Below are positions 36,371 through 49,979 of a stretch of 64,000 nucleotides of DNA, piece by piece. Each line of letters starts with the position of its first letter. Within the stretch, counting starts at the first letter, position 1. The notes below the pieces were generated by a model that saw only the letters and a program-made list of their open reading frames with translations, was not told where the DNA came from and made no database searches. Source of the stretch: Octopus vulgaris. Its lineage: Eukaryota. The translations under genes were made by a program, and so were the position numbers. The DNA lies in assembly GCA_951406725.2 (NCBI GenBank), contig OX597814.1, positions 45,756,001 through 45,820,000 of the forward strand, in the 5' to 3' direction.

Positions 36371-37750
36371 GAGGCAGATGAAGCAGTGCTGAATGAAATA
36401 TAGGATGTAGAAAGGACTTCTGGCTGTGGAAATAGTCTCCAGGAAAAAATTCTCTTCAATGTGTGAAAATACATTATTGGATTGTAGGATGCATCATTAT
36501 GTTTCATCAGCTACAAATACTAAATCAGTCTTTCATAGCCCTGCAAATCTGATGACATCTTTCTCAGCCCAGTGATGTGTTTTCAATATTTTGTTAATGA
36601 GGAGAATTTTCTCCCAAGACTATTTCCACAGCCAAAAAAAATCTTACTACATCTAAATATATATGAATGTATTAAATATGATTGTACACACATAAATAAC
36701 AATGATTATATTTTCCTATTAAATTTTACACTGTTGCAAAATCTACTGGTTTTTATTCATCAACGTGCCAACAAGTAACTCACTGTATCTTTTTGCCCTA
36801 TCAAGAGAGAATTGCATCAGTAATATATCTCCAACTACAGTATTCCTAATTTAACAACAGCTGAGCAGTGAAAGAAACTATGAATCATTTCTTGACAGAC
36901 ACAATAAACAAAGTATTTTTACTGTTATTTTTTTAACGACTATGTATAATGCATATATGAAACACACATTAAAATACCATATACATATAGGTATAGTCTT
37001 TTAATATGTGTACTTTATGTATTAAGTAACATTGGGCTTATGGGCAGTGTATTTGCGGGCAGGTAAAGAAAGTACGCAGTTGCTAATGACAATTCCAATA
37101 AGAATTGAGACATGCTTATAACTGATTTGTCTTTATCTGTCCATGCATATACTAAACAGAACTGCCAATGGGAGATATCTGCAGTATGCCAGACAACCAA
37201 CCACATTACCAAATATACTATAGTGCCCACCAAATTAGTACTTACAAATGCCTTATTGAATAAGCAAGCATTATTCTTTACCATCACTGCTGCCACTACT
37301 ACATGTCTCGCGCATAAATCATCAATATTTTAGTAGTTCTCTCTCTCCCTCTCTCTGTATACATATATATATATATAAGTGTTTGGTATGAGACATTAAA
37401 CATTTTTCCAGAATGTAAAAATGGAATTCTCAATCCCTGACTTATGAACACTGTTATCCAGCATATGCATCTCTTTTCAACATGGTGTTACTTATTGTTT
37501 ATCAAACTTGCTTAAATGTGGAAAAGGCACATAGACAGACTTCCCATATAAATAGCTTTCACTGGTTAAAAAAAAAATTTACTGGAATATTTAGAGCTGG
37601 AAGAAGGAGGGTATTTTTAAAATACCAGTTCTGAAAAGGCTTGCCCCATCTTTTGGCACTAACAAAAAAGGTTGCAAATGAAGGTAGATATGGTTTCAGC
37701 TATTCCTCTGGACTGGCTTAAATACACTATATATATATATATATATATTT

Positions 37751-38080
37751 CATTATCATCATTGATTAACGTTCGTTTACCATGCTGGCATAGGTTGGAT
37801 GGTTTGACTGCTGTCTGGAGAGCCAGCAGCTGCACCAGGCTCCAATCTAGTCTGGCAGAGTTTCTACAGCTGGATGCCCTTCCTAACACCAACAACTCCA
37901 AGAGTGTAGTGGGTGCTTTTTACGTGCCACCGGCACAGGAACCAGTAAGGCGGGCCTGGCAATGATCACGTATAGATGGTGCTTTTTGTGTGCCACCAGC
38001 ACAGGAGCCAGTCAGGGGGTACTGGTTGGTGCTTTTTACGTGCCACTGGCACCAGAGTCAGTAAGGTGGGTCTGGCAACG
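37751..38080 (-). mobile_element. RTE LINE 3' UTR with internal tandem units
   Basis: Reverse complement of 62790-63106, with three ggtgctttttacgtgccacc-type units. Confidence 0.88.
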
Positions 38081-39249
38081 AAATATTAGTTAATTTAATG
38101 CTGATTGTAGCTGTTTGGCCAGTTCTTGATAATTTCATTTTTGGATACAGGTCAGGTTGAAGAAGTTACTTAGTGTTCAATCAAGAACCAGTCAAATGAA
38201 TTTATCATTAAAACCAGTGTTGAACAGTTACTATAGCTTATGAAAGGATCAATTTATTTTTAATCATATGCATGACCATGACCTGGTGTTTTTGCACCTA
38301 AACTGGCTCAAAATTCACAAGAGTTACCAAGGATCTTTTAATAAAGCTAAATACTGGTGAGAATTAAAAGCAATTACAAATTCATACTGATCAATTCTTT
38401 CCAAAGACATATTTCAGCATATAACATTATAAATTTTTTTCAAGTGCGTTCTTGCAAGTATGCACTTGAGAGAAAGCTTTTTTCCCAAATCTGCCATGAA
38501 ACTAGATCATCACCTTTAGATTAAATGTCATGGACTACAGCAAATGTATTTTGAGGACAGTCCATTGAATTCTTTAGCAACTGAGCCACTGTAAACAATG
38601 CACCTGGTTATAACATCTCTTTCTGTATCTTTTTGAATATCATCATTACTCAATCTTCAATAAAATATTAATCACTGGCAACACTATTGTCACTGCTATT
38701 TTCATTATTTTCTGTAATTGGTGGGCTATTAGTAGTATAAATATTTGAAGTAAATAAAACTGATTTAATATTTTTTTTAATGTTAAATGTACTATCAACA
38801 CATCTAGTAAGCATTTCTTTCACAGTTACCAGTTATTAGATCAACCACTTCATATGATACACTTAGCTGAAGGATATATGAAGGACTGCTTTGTCTTCTG
38901 ACATGAAATGGCATTTAAGGTAGAGGAGATATACATGAACAAACAACATTTAGCTTTATTGCATTAGCATGTTAGAACTATAATCTGATACTTGACAAAT
39001 TGCCCAAAGTGTTTCCAAATTTTGACTTTTGCATTTTTTTATGTAGAGCTTAATGACAATTTGAACAATGTGTAAGTGTGCATGCACACATGATGTATAC
39101 ATACACATATATATACACATACATGCATATATATACATATACTTACATATATATACACACACATACATATATGTCTTGGATAGGCTACCTGCCATCAACA
39201 AATTAATCATAGGAACCTATCTTGATCATTTTCAGAAAGAATGGACAAA

Positions 39250-39900
39250 CAAGAAAGACATACATCTACACATAACTACTTTATCTTATCAGATGTCAAC
39301 AATCTTATACCATCTCTTGTCACTAATTTATTGTCATATATCCATGTATTCTGAGAGGACACTTAAGACTAGCTGTGAATAAGATGGGCTGGAGAGACAT
39401 CTGTACATCTTTGGATTGATTACTTTGAGATTCTGGGACAATGATGGAGTATATATATATATGTCAATAGATGATTCAATAAAAGTCTAGTGAATATCTT
39501 ACATTTACTAGTAAGGAAATAGTATGGAAGTCACTGATTTAACATGGCACTTTTTCCCATGTGCTATGAAATTATCCTGTAGAATTAGTGAATCATTCCA
39601 GATATTGGCAATTAGCATGATCTCAAGAACAGTTACTACATCCCCACCATGCTTGGTAACTTCAGCTGATATACCATGAGCTTCAAGGTCTTTACCTGAG
39701 TTGATCAGTTCAATGGTAATTACGATTTCTCTATGTTAGGATTATTATCCATTTCTTCAATAACAAAGAGCAGCAGATCTGACTTTCTTAACTATCGTGG
39801 GTGGAATATGAGAAAGGTCTGTGAAATGCTCTATCTATCTCTTCAGAATACCTTAAGTAATTTAAAATGGATCCATTTTTGCATTGAGACAGAGCAGCCT
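39250..39900 (-). mobile_element. Highly degraded RTE RT remnant
   Basis: EIVITIELINSGKDLEAHGISAEVTKHGG...IWNDSLILQD resembles AIxxLxSGKAPGxDGIPAEVxKHGG...IWxxxxIPQD. Confidence 0.6.
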
Positions 39901-42900
39901 GAATGAATTTAGCTACATCACTTTACATTCCCAAGTTGAAATTTTGTCAGGTTGACTAAGCAGATAATCATTCAAAGGTTGATGAAATATAATTCTCCTA
40001 ATTATAACTGGTTATAGCCTTCCTAGAAAATGTGGCCTTGTATCTGTGTTAAAATTCATTCACCATAAATTTATGAGGTTTAACAATGGTACAAAGCTAG
40101 AAATTCTGAGAGATGTGCAGTCAATTGCAGTGAATTATTCTTATTTTATCAAGCCTGTAAGGTGGAATTTGAAGAGACATTCTCCCAAACCTGTAATTCA
40201 TAATCCACACAACTTGTAACAAATATTAGAATCAAATATTCTTACAAACATTTGTATACCTGACCTAATTCCTGCCAATCAATTGATCAATGAAATTGTT
40301 GTGAACAAAACTATCACAAATTCTCCAATGACCAAACAACAATAATTGTAATCCTAAGTCAATAAACACATTTAGTACATAGGAAGCATGGAGGGATAGG
40401 AGAAATCAATGTTATAAAACGATATGTGTAAGAGACGTTAAGTAGTATTCATAAGTTCAAACAGTATAAATGATTAAATTAGTGTTTGAGGTAAAGTCAG
40501 ATATTCTTAATGGATTGGACAATGTCATTTATAAGGGCAGGGCAATGAAATACTTGTTTGGTCATATGATAAAAAAAACTTAAACAAGTTAAATTATATT
40601 TGAATGTTATACATATTCAATGAGAGATTAGGGTCAGTTATTATTATTATTATTATTATTTTTTGTTCTGTCCTACATAAATTATCAAGTAAATGCTGTT
40701 TGAAGATCCTTTAGTAAAGATTATTTCGGGAAATTGAGCATTTAATATGAAATATGACAATAGCTGTCTACTGGAATCAACAATGTTATCACCATTTGCC
40801 CACTCCATCATGGGCTGACAAAGCTAAACCTAGATTGCATTCAAATGATCCTGAAATTTTTCAGTATTTTGTACACATCAGTCTTTTCATTAGAGGCATT
40901 TCTTTTCACTTAATTGTATACATATTTGCTAACCACTTATCTCATATTTGATTTGTGTAAAAGTTAATAGATGTTTAACAAATATTCAAAGAAAAACTAC
41001 TACATTACTATCATACATTGAATGTCCTTCAAAGATTTGTCTGTTGTTGCTACTTAGTTCCAGTTCAGCCATGATTAAAAGCAGTAGACTCATCTGTTCT
41101 TGAGGCATAGTTTACTGAAGACTATAACGTCTAACGTGTCCCTTTTTTTTAAATCTATTTTTAAAACAGTAGTGTGATCTGATTGTGAGTTGGCTGTTAT
41201 TCTGAGTCTGCTGAGCAAACAGAGACGCTCCCTTCCAGCTTGTTAAACATGTTATTAAATAATGATAAAAAAAAAAACCACATTACATTTTAAGCATAAA
41301 TAAAAGTTAACTAAAAATGAATTAAATTTTTTTCCCTTCCCAAAAATATAAAACTAACCAAAGCCATTTGAATATGAAAAATATCATCTTTAACATGCAG
41401 CTTCTGATATGCAAAAATATTATTTTATTAATTTTTAATGTCTCTCCAGTGTTATTATGTTAACAATAAAATGTATTGAAGATGCTTAAGACAAAATTAA
41501 TTCTCAACAAGGTCTTGATGTTAAATATACACAGAGTATTGTTTTAACATATATAAATAGTACAAATAACTCTCAGACTAGCATTCTTGAGTCTCCAACA
41601 TAATGTGTAAATTTACTCTTTAACCTAGTGTTTGTTGAACTATAACTTCTAACATTTTTTTGTATCTCTTATAAACTGGCCAAAACATGTATAAACACAC
41701 ACACATACACATACATACATACATACGGATATATGTATACACATATACACATGTATACATACATACATACAAAATGCTTTTCTTTCTGGACCTTCTCAAC
41801 CAATATAGGAAGAGTTCAGTTTCATTTGAAATACATTGCATGTACCTGTTCTTAACTAATATTTATTTAAGATACATAAAAAGGGAGATTCTATATAGTT
41901 AACTAGCTAGAAATAGCAGCCAGATCTTTTTTTTTTTCAAAATAATACACCACCTTTTAAAACATATGTGTTTGAAAATAAGATGGACTGGCCATGGATA
42001 GTATGCCTTTAACTATGGGTCCGCTTGAATATAGCTGATCAGCCTATAAAAGAAAACGAAATAACAAACTAATTAGCTATATCAATTTAAAACCCTAATT
42101 CTATTTGATTTTTCTATTCCAAATAGAATAAAGCAAGCTATAGGCTTTTTCTGAATCTTTCTGACTCACTGTTACCAGTGGCTTAACAGCAATTATTAAT
42201 TGCTATTAAATTTTTTTATTTATTCATTTTATTTCATAATCATGTAAATGGTTCCTAGAGGGAAAAGTAAGCATTGAAATAATACTGTTACTAAATATTC
42301 TGTATACTGTAAACTAATACTGTAAACTTCACACACACACACACACACACGTACGTAGGTATGTATGAATTTAGACAAGTAGAAGCTCATGGCAATCAAT
42401 GCCCAGGTATTGTATCAAAGTTACATATAAAAAACAGAAAGGTGTGACCTGAAAGTGAAGCAGCAGGTATTTCTAACAGGAAGATACTACATAGAGGTTC
42501 GTTCATAGATATGATGGTAGGGTGTGATTTGAGAGAGAGAGATTTAGTTGCTTTTTTTCCATCATGTGCAGCTACAATATAGGAATTTCTCTTGGCTCCT
42601 TACATACAAAAATCCAAAGTGTGCGATTTGAGAGAGGTTTATCTATTATCTCCATCAGGTCAAGATATGTATACATATATACATACGTAAAATTTGAGTG
42701 ACATTTGGCTCCTGTTTCTACAGGTTTAGCTACCACACAAAAGTTTACCTCATTGACTTAAGCATTGTGCATCATTGTCATCATCATAAACATTTTTTAC
42801 ATTCATATTTTCCATGCTCACATGAGCTGGATGAGATTTGTTGAGGCAGTATACTAAGCCATATTCATTTTCAACTAAGTCTCACATATTTTGAAATAAG

Positions 42901-43069
42901 GTACTTTTATTCCATGCCTTTGGATGACCCACAGAATTGTTCGTTAATATAAAACCTAAACATTATCACTTAACTGTGTCAGTCTGAAAACATGTGAAGA
43001 TACAAACACACACACACATGATAAGTGTCTGAATATCAGTGACAAGCCATTGATCGACTTAAGTTAGAG

Positions 43070-43810
43070 CACAATTAATTAGGAAGAAATTTGGCTTAGA
43101 TGAGATGCAGTTCAAGTTTCTGCTAGGATGGGGTACCACTCATGCCTTCTTTTTTAGTGACATAGATGGAAATTCTTAGCAACCATACCTAGTAATTGTT
43201 GGTATGGAGAAGGCCTTTGACAAGGTATCCAGCTCAATAGTTTTATGACCATTAGCAAGATGAAAATGCTTGGTGGGCTCTCTAGAATTAGTTGATAGCT
43301 TTCATTTGCGAGTGGAAACATGTGTTTGAAAACCATACTAGTCAGGTTAAGAATGGAGTGAAAAAAGTTCAGAGAGCTACTTCCTCAGCTGGCAACAAGA
43401 AATTCTGAGAAAAAAGCAGACTGTATGATGCATGTGTACAAAGTGTGATGTTGCATCAAAGAAAAAACATAAACGTTGAATGCATAGGAAAGGCTGGAAA
43501 GAAATGAGACAAGCATACTTAGCTGGATGTATAATATTAGTGTGTGTATGAGTGATAGACTACAAATGAGCTTAGAAAAAACTTAGAAATACAATGCTAG
43601 AAAGAAGACTGAGCTGGTATGGATATGTGACATGTATGAAGGATAACACTTAGGTAAAGCAGTGCAAAGTGATCCAAGTAAAAGGAACTTTTGGAAGAGA
43701 AGGACAAGACATGGGGAAAATGCGGAAGTCTGATGTTAAGAGGCTGAACCTTACACCAAAGATGACAAAATTGCAACAAATAGCAAGATTATGCTAAAGA
43801 AGACATATCT
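43070..43810 (+). mobile_element. Old, internally deleted RTE LINE
   Basis: ttagatgagatgcagttc, gagaaggcctttgacaaggt, ctgtatgatgcatgtgtacaa and aagacatggg are collinear with the RTE at 61254-63106. Confidence 0.75.
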
Positions 43811-43827
43811 AGTCTATGCAAGTATAG

Positions 43828-43828
<1 letters not shown>

Positions 43829-43892
<64 letters not shown>
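43829..43892. repeat. (TA)n microsatellite
   Basis: Seen directly. Confidence 0.97.
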
Positions 43893-43897
<5 letters not shown>

Positions 43898-45538
43898 CCT
43901 GTACATGACTTTAAACTATCTGGTAGTGGGACCCGGCTTCAAGAATTCTAGGTTTTTTAGGAGTGTGTAACCCTTACTTAATTACTATTGTCTCCAGGTC
44001 TTTTCTGAATTGGAGCAGTAACAGCTGTCAGGGCCCAAGCTATGGGTTAAATCAACTTGTCATGGAATTGCCTTTGAAAAATCACTCACAGAAACCTCCA
44101 ATGGACCCAGGGTAGAAGAGGCTCTTCAACTCTTTAGTTGCTCATCTAAGAGAAAGTAACTTCCAGCAAATATTGCATCCAGAGCAAAATAAGTGCTTAG
44201 AGTACTTGTTGCACCTGAAGTATGAAGGACAAGACTGACTTTGCATAAGCCATGTCTACTATAATGACAAACCTCTGCTGCCTTGGAGGATAATTTGTGG
44301 AACATATAAAAAGGCTGAGAGAGAAAATGTCTAGAGAAAATCTGGTGGGAGGGATCCTGTAATTAACCAATATCTGGCATTCCTCGTGGCTCCATGGATG
44401 CTACAAACATATTGACTTATATCCATGTATGGAGACAGAGGTGGTAAGTATACTTAGAGTAAGGCACTTGTTTCTGAAAACAACCTAGCAGACGTGGTTA
44501 AGTTACTGTCTCTGCAATACTGTTGACCAATGATGATTCCCAACACACACAATTTTAAGCAATCTTGTATTTAAATTATTTTTAATGAATTTTTTAAACA
44601 CAAATTATTTTTAAATAGGAAGCAAAATAAGGAAATAAATTTGTTCACTTCTGTATAGGGAAATAAAAATGACTGAAAATAAAGAGCTTTAGTTAAACAT
44701 GGCATTTAATCTAAGATCTGGTAAGCAAAAATGTTAGGAATTGCAACTATTAACAGCTAAGTTTAGAAAGGGAGCATGTTTTAATAAATAGAGCATTTCA
44801 TTCCTGACTGATAGCTATCACAAAGATGACCTTATTTTGCTAGTATTTCATTTTCACTCTTCTTACATTACATAATTGTATGTTCCTGATAATGACAACA
44901 TCAAGGAAGTTTTAGAGCAGTAGATATTTGAAGAAAAAGAAATTCAATGAAACAATTTATAATATCCAAACTGAGTAGAAATCATGGACAGACTAAAAAT
45001 GATAGTGTATACTAAGAGTTATACATATGCCCAGACAGTTTACTGAACTACATTATGTTTAATTCATAATACAAAAATTAAAACAATGAGATTTAAGCAT
45101 AAAAATTGAAAAGGCTAAAAAAAAAGTAGTAGTGACAGTCAGCACCAGTATAAAAAGAAAGAAAAAACCATTAATAACATTTGTAAAATAATATTATGTG
45201 CCTTACAAATTCTATTAACAAAAATATGAAATTAAACATAAAAATAAAATGCGTAAAACTATTGTCTACTTAATTATGTCAATGTTTTGAGAATGTTTAA
45301 ACCCAACATATCTCATCTGGCAAACAATTCCAATTCTTACAGATGAATCTACTCACAACCATTACCAAATTCATTTGCTAGCCTAAACATTTTCACTCTT
45401 CATGGAAAGATTCAAATAATCTACAAACATATAATGCCATATGAATCAAAATTACTTCAATAAGCTTCTCCTGTGGAAATGGAAAGCATGTCATAATTTC
45501 ATTAGCTAAGTTTGTAGCATATTGTTTATTTTCTCTGA

Positions 45539-45694
45539 ATGGTTGGCGTTAGGAAGGGCATCCAGCTGTAGAAACTCTGCCAGATCAAGATTGGAGCCTG
45601 GTGCAGCCATCTGGTTTGCCAGTCCTCAGTCAAATCGTCCAACCCATGCTAGCATGGAAAGCAGACGTTAAACGATGATGATGATGATGATGAT
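45539..45694 (+). mobile_element. Young, heavily 5'-truncated RTE 3' end
   Basis: Very similar to 62965-63106, ending ttaaac(GAT)n. Confidence 0.9.
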
Positions 45695-45890
45695 TTAGTC
45701 ACAGCTCAAGCCTTAAAGTAGCAGACCTATGATAAAAGGTATACTAGTGTTGACCATCCAGCATTTTTTAAATCCTATTTCAGGTATAATATACCTGGGG
45801 ACTATTCATTCTGGTTGTTCCCCATTTATTTTTAAGGATGCATAGTGTGATGAGGGAAACTTAATTATTATTTCTAGTAGGTCATCCTGC
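45695..45890 (+). repeat. Unclassified dispersed repeat (family C)
   Basis: tttagtc...gcagacctatgataaaagg...tgaccatcc...gtgtgat...tatttctag. Related copies near 41040-41240, 41900-42060 (-), 49220-49330 and 50460-50610 (-). Confidence 0.55.
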
Positions 45891-48800
45891 TTATCAAGAA
45901 TTTATTAAAACTGGTAGGAGACTAATGTTATATAACACCCACTGCATACCAAAAACTGCATCATTTTAATGAGAAACATAAGTCATATAGAGACACTACA
46001 AGTCCAATTGAGTGAGCATTGACTTATCTGGAAGAAGGTCTTATCACTCAAAATATGTTTAAAAGACTTATTACTAATTTACTCCAGTTAATTACTAATA
46101 ATCAGCAAGAATATGAGAAATTAAATTTTACAAGGAGTTGGATACTGGTTTAGTGTATCAGTTTATGTATCAATGGCATTTTAAAGAACTTTTTGAAGCT
46201 TTAATCAGAGGGAATAGGGTAATGTCCATGCCCATGTTTAAAGGGACCCTGATGTTTGTGGGAGGAAGAGATTAAGTTATTCTCAGACTGGCAACTTAGC
46301 TTAAATTCTTAGACCAGAGATTGCAACAGAGTGAACTCCAAAAGTCACTCATAGGCTAAGTAGTGTTAAACTAGGAAACAGATTAAGTAAGGGACCCAAG
46401 GGTAGTGAGTTGACAGAGTTGTTTGAGTGTCGAATAGACTTCTTCACAGGAATTGTTCTGATGCTTAGCACTCAGGATTCAAATACTGCTGAAGTCATGT
46501 TGCAAGATTTTGGGCCAGATCTCTAGTTTGAGGACACCTTCCTTCCCTCCCACTAGCCTTGGAGGGTCTACGAGAATCATGAACACTGCCTTCCATCCTG
46601 ATTAAAAGATAAAAAGACAGAAATGGTCGCTTTAGTGGGTTTTCATTATTTTTCTCTTGTCAAATTTCTTTCACAAGGCTATGGTAAAAGACATTTGCCC
46701 AAGGAGCTGAGCAGAGAGATCAGACTTATGAAACAAATTTCTTAATACTGGTGACAAGAGCAATACAGTGGATTACAAGACAAAACATCATAAAAAAAAA
46801 ATTGTGTAGTTCGTTGATTGTATATCTATATGATAGTTGATACTTTCAATTAGGTCAGTTTTCTAACAGAATATTTTGAACTAATATACATCTCTTAGAT
46901 TGTCATCTCTGCTGTCTTATTTACGAAGATTAATGTTTTTAAGTCACTCAAACTGGAAAATTGATCTGTGAAATTTTCTCAAATTCTATTCCTTTCACAC
47001 TTGGGACATTTTGAAAGATGATACCAAGTAAGAAGTTAAAATGAATCAAGTTAGATTACAATGAACACATTGTACTAAAAGATAAAACAATAGATTTAGG
47101 GTAGAATTCTGATCTAAATAAGTAGGAGTTATTCAGAAGCTAACACATCTGGATCCAAGACCTGCTCAGATTGATTTAGACTGTCAGCCTTCTGAGAACA
47201 TTTGAAATAAGAATGGACTAAACAAAAAATTAACCAAAGACAAAATATTATTAATATTTATGTTATGGCTGTATTGTTAAGAAGTTTGTTTTGCAACTAA
47301 CTAGCTTCAGAATCTAATCTCTGCGTGTCTTTACACTGATACCATTCCAACTGCAGTGATGTGTTTATGTTTCTCATAAACAAAATGTGAGACAGCAGTT
47401 TGTTATGCATAGTTGTGGAATAAAGCAACTTACTTGAAAAACAAGGGTTGGCACCAGAAACGGCATCTGATTGTAGAAATTGCCTTAAGAAGCCTTTTCT
47501 AATTAATTCATACCAGCATAAAAAATGCAAAATGTTAAACAAAAAAAAAAGAGAGAGAGAGAAAAGAAAATGATGAAGATTATCTTATTTTTGATTTGTT
47601 CACAACTGATATTGCAACATATGTTCAAGTCAGTCAGCATGTCACAATTCATTATCATCATTTGGTTCTAAAATGATGGTAAATGCAATCTTGTTTGTAC
47701 TGCTAATCAATAATTACCATATTAATAACAAAATTTGAAGAAAAAATTATGCAGTATGGCTTGAAAATACTTAATGAAGATAAACTTGAGTACATATGAT
47801 TATCGTCCCAACAGCATTAACTTTCATTCAATAAAACAAACTGACATCTTACTCCAATATCTTTCCCATTACTAAATGCAAAAGAATATTTCTTTCTACT
47901 AAGATTCTGGCATTTTTTATCTAGTGAGATGTAAAGATGCTGGATGCTTTGTAAATTCAAGAATAATTGAAATAGTAGCAATCTTCCATTGCTCAGAGAG
48001 ATATTCACAATGCAGTGACTGCTTATGCAAGCTAAGCTATTGGAACATGTAGACCAAATTCTTAGACAAAAGCAAATCAAAATGATTGGGAAATTCTAGT
48101 TTGAAACTGAGTACTAGAGTGGTTTCTTTAGACACTTAGCAGAGTTGAACTTAATACAGAAAGCCAACAGCACTGCTACTACTTAAAATGCTAATGTATT
48201 CCCACTAAAGAGTATATATTTTCAGTGGACTGATACTTTTGAAGGTTAAGTGTGTTGACCATAGCAACAATGTCGTATCAGTTACACAATGGAATCGAAC
48301 TGTTTCTATAACTGAAATAGCATAAGAACGTTCTTACAGTAGCTTTTTTCATTATTCTTGTTTTAGTTTTCCAAAAAGGGTGTACCCATGGTCCTCTGAG
48401 ACAATAGTGCTGTTAACACTTCTCTTGAGTTGCAAGTTGATAGACACAGGTAAAACATGGGCAAGAAGAATTCTAGAAGGCTAACAGATACATAGTGACT
48501 AGTACAGAGTTTGGGAGGGTAGACAGAATATGGGTGATGAAAGGAAGGGAGACAAGTGAACTGAGAGTGCTTGAGTAGAGGCTGCACAATACTAACCAAT
48601 TTTAAGGTGTAGATACCAATATGATAGCAATAGAAAAGACAGAAAGAGATGAGACAGTACGTCAGCAAAAAGAGAAGTTGTAATGTGTTTATGAGTGACC
48701 TAGTGACAGACAGTTGAGTAAGCTTTCTTTGGATAATCTAAGATGTTCATGTGTTTTGCAGTTACACTATCCTAAACGTGGGAAAATATCTTATAGTTTG

Positions 48801-49342
48801 TACTTCAGTTCTAAAGGAAATGTGTTAACCTATTTTGTTTCATTCATCTTTGTACACTAAATGTTTCTCACAAAACATTTTCCTTCTATATAAAATCATA
48901 GTTCATAAAACCAACAATATTACAATTTTTCATGACCCAAATACCAAAATAATAACCTTGGTGTGATAATTTACCATTAAACAAAAATCTCTTTCCCATA
49001 GATCTTATGAGATCCATTCTGTTCAGTATTGCTAACAATGAACTTCCTTCTTCAAAAACCTACAGAATATTGGAGCTCAAATATTCTCTATAACAGCTAA
49101 ATATTAAAATTAAGAAGAAAAAAAACCCATCTGCTGCACTAATTTCCTCATGTCTCTATATTTCTATTCAAAGGAAACTGTTCCCCAATGAATAACAGTC
49201 AATTTACTTGAAATTCATCCAGTTGTTTAGCCCGGTTCAACTCTCACCAAGTAGATTTATGATAAAAGACATTCCAGCCATGACCATTCTGTTTATATTC
49301 TCAGGTAAAGTACATCCCTGACTATATTAATGTATCCTTTAA

Positions 49343-49553
49343 CCCTTTAGCCCTCAGATTACTCTGTCAAGTGTAATCTGAATTTATTCACATTTTTAAA
49401 GATTAATCATGTATTATCTCATAGCATCAAGATTTCAAAGATGTGATTCTTTATTTTTAGAATGACATTGCAGGGTAGGTATTAAATGATAGATAAAGCT
49501 AGTTTGAACATAAAACAGGTAGACTATTTGGATCAGATATGGCTGCTAAAGGG
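49343..49553 (-). mobile_element. piggyBac-type MITE (family 1)
   Basis: TTAA-CCCTTTAG...CTAAAGGG-CTAA, reverse complement of the 12599 copy. Confidence 0.82.
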
Positions 49554-49772
49554 CTAAAACAGTAAGACTGTCATTTGCTCGTGATAGATATATGTTCCAA
49601 TCAAATGGGAGAAAAATCAAAAGAATCATTAAATAGTAGTGTAATTATGATAAGCAACAGCCATTCTAAATGAAACTAAGACTTGCCAAATTAGTTTGAT
49701 TGATTTGACATGATTCTATGAATAGACTTTTTTCTATGTGAAGTTAAAAAAAGAATTAGCTTTTGTTGTTAA

Positions 49773-49979
49773 CCCTTTTTACTGGAGAAATCAGATATAT
49801 CCACTCAAAATTTCATTACCCTTAACTGCAGAAAGCTGTTTTATATAACAATCTATCTTTTGTTGAGGAATGTCATGTTTGAAGCAATGTGACTTGCAGG
49901 AAATATCAGTTCTAGTTTTTGGTAGATATTTAACATAATTACTGGAATAACCAGGAAATTTAATTTCACAGTTAAAGAG
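49773..49979. mobile_element. piggyBac-type MITE (family 3), about 207 bp
   Basis: TTAA-CCCTTTTTACTG...CAGTTAAAGAG-TTAA, imperfect TIR, same size class as families 1 and 2. Confidence 0.55.
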
